From an uncultured Actinomycetota bacterium (GTDB taxonomy: Bacteria; Actinomycetota; Actinomycetes; Streptosporangiales; Streptosporangiaceae), in the NCBI GenBank assembly GCA_963838825.1, contig CAWISQ010000003.1, positions 114,440 through 178,439 of the forward strand: a stretch of 64,000 bases of DNA, in the 5' to 3' direction. Positions 62,849 to 64,000 of the stretch are shown piece by piece (the first letter of the stretch is position 1; every line of letters begins with the position of its first letter). The notes under the pieces were generated by a model. It had not been told where the DNA came from, did no database searches, and saw nothing but the letters and a program-made list of their open reading frames with translations. Position numbers and translations under genes: made by a program.

Positions 62849-64000
62849 TTACTCGCCGCCCGTCGCAGCGCGCGGGTTCACGGTTCCGGCCTTGTCACCG
62901 TCACCGCCGACCGCGTCATCGGGGGCAACCGAGTCATCCGGGCCGCTGTACTTCGCGACCGACTCCTGCTCGACCTCGCCCGCGCCGAGCGGCGTCGCCA
63001 CCTCGTCGTCGGAGACCAGCAGCTTCCCGCCGGTCACCTCGAAGGTGCGGCGGAACCGGTCCATGGCGTCCTTGAGCGCGGCGATCCCGTCGTCGGGCAG
63101 TTCCTTGGTCTCCCTGATCGACGTGAGCAGGCCCTCGTTGTTGCGGTGCAGGAACTCGAGGAACTCGGTCTCGAACCGGTGCACGTCCTCGATGGGCACG
63201 TCGTCGAGCTGGCCGGTGGTGCCCGCCCAGATCGAGCAGACCTCCTCCTCGACCGGGAACGGGTCGTACTGCGGCTGCTTGAGCAGCTCGACCAGCCGGG
63301 CGCCGCGGTCGAGCTGCGCGCGCGAGGCCGCGTCGAGGTCGGACGCGAACGCCGCGAACGCCTCCAGGTCGCGGAACTGCGAGAGCGAAAGCCGGAGCTG
63401 GCCGGCGACCTTCCTCATCGCCTTGATCTGGGCCGAGCCGCCGACCCGGGAGACCGACTGGCCGACGTTGATGGCCGGTCGGACACCGGAGTTGAACAGG
63501 TCGGTCTCGAGGAAGATCTGACCGTCGGTGATCGAGATCACGTTGGTCGGGATGTAGGCCGAGATGTCGTTGCCCTTGGTCTCGATGATCGGCAGGCCGG
63601 TCATCGATCCGGCGCCGAGCTCGTCGCTCAGCTTGGCGCAGCGCTCGAGCAGGCGCGAGTGCAGGTAGAAGACGTCACCCGGGTAGGCCTCGCGGCCCGG
63701 CGGGCGGCGCAGCAGCAGCGACACGGTCCGGTACGCCTCGGCCTGCTTGGACAGGTCGTCGAAGACGATCAGGACGTGCTTGCCGCCGTACATCCAGTGC
63801 TGGCCGATCGCGCTGCCGGTGTAGGCCGAGATGTACTTGTAGCCGGCCGGGTCGGAGGCGGGAGCGGCCACGATCGTGGTGTACTCCATCGCCCCGGCCT
63901 CTTCGAGCGACTGCTTGATCGACGCGATCGTCGAGCCCTTCTGGCCGATCGCGACGTAGACGCAGCGCACCTGCTTGGCCGGGTCGCCGGAGGCCCAGTT
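62849..64000 (-). CDS. atpA: ATP synthase alpha subunit (5' end outside window)
   Basis: [49 protein letters not shown]. Confidence 0.98.
   Translation of the reverse strand, partial: NWASGDPAKQVRCVYVAIGQKGSTIASIKQSLEEAGAMEYTTIVAAPASDPAGYKYISAYTGSAIGQHWMYGGKHVLIVFDDLSKQAEAYRTVSLLLRRPPGREAYPGDVFYLHSRLLERCAKLSDELGAGSMTGLPIIETKGNDISAYIPTNVISITDGQIFLETDLFNSGVRPAINVGQSVSRVGGSAQIKAMRKVAGQLRLSLSQFRDLEAFAAFASDLDAASRAQLDRGARLVELLKQPQYDPFPVEEEVCSIWAGTTGQLDDVPIEDVHRFETEFLEFLHRNNEGLLTSIRETKELPDDGIAALKDAMDRFRRTFEVTGGKLLVSDDEVATPLGAGEVEQESVAKYSGPDDSVAPDDAVGGDGDKAGTVNPRAATGGE

Overview
A 64 kb, very high-GC chromosomal segment from a filamentous actinobacterium. Gene order and protein style suggest Streptosporangiales, which is my inference. 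It is almost all core or housekeeping content: kdpDE, a pit operon with a PHO-box-like array, dxr-rseP-ispG, gcvT-gcvH, tRNA-Leu(TAG), bcp, the rdgB-rph-MBL-cysM-cysO-mec-DUF2017-clpS/pncB block, a vapBC pair, malic enzyme, an ECF sigma with a beta-propeller partner, thiolase/mce, a DivIVA-motif coiled-coil gene, nucS, pduO and the 3' half of the atp operon. I see no integrase, transposase, prophage or CRISPR array. At least eight genes, including ispG, carry single-base indels, most likely assembly errors. The leads most worth checking are: (1) a candidate ~90-nt sRNA with its own -10 box, terminator and a nearby BldD-like box, between the GMC oxidoreductase and pduO; (2) three tandem orphan NitT/TauT-type lipoprotein solute-binding paralogs with AT-rich, structured leaders; (3) a multi-stem leader ahead of the DivIVA-motif gene; (4) a VapC lacking a catalytic Asp; (5) an ECF/Asp-box propeller pair with a SigE-type promoter; (6) a dispersed G6/C6 palindromic repeat. 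All calls were made by eye; no searches or folding programs were run.
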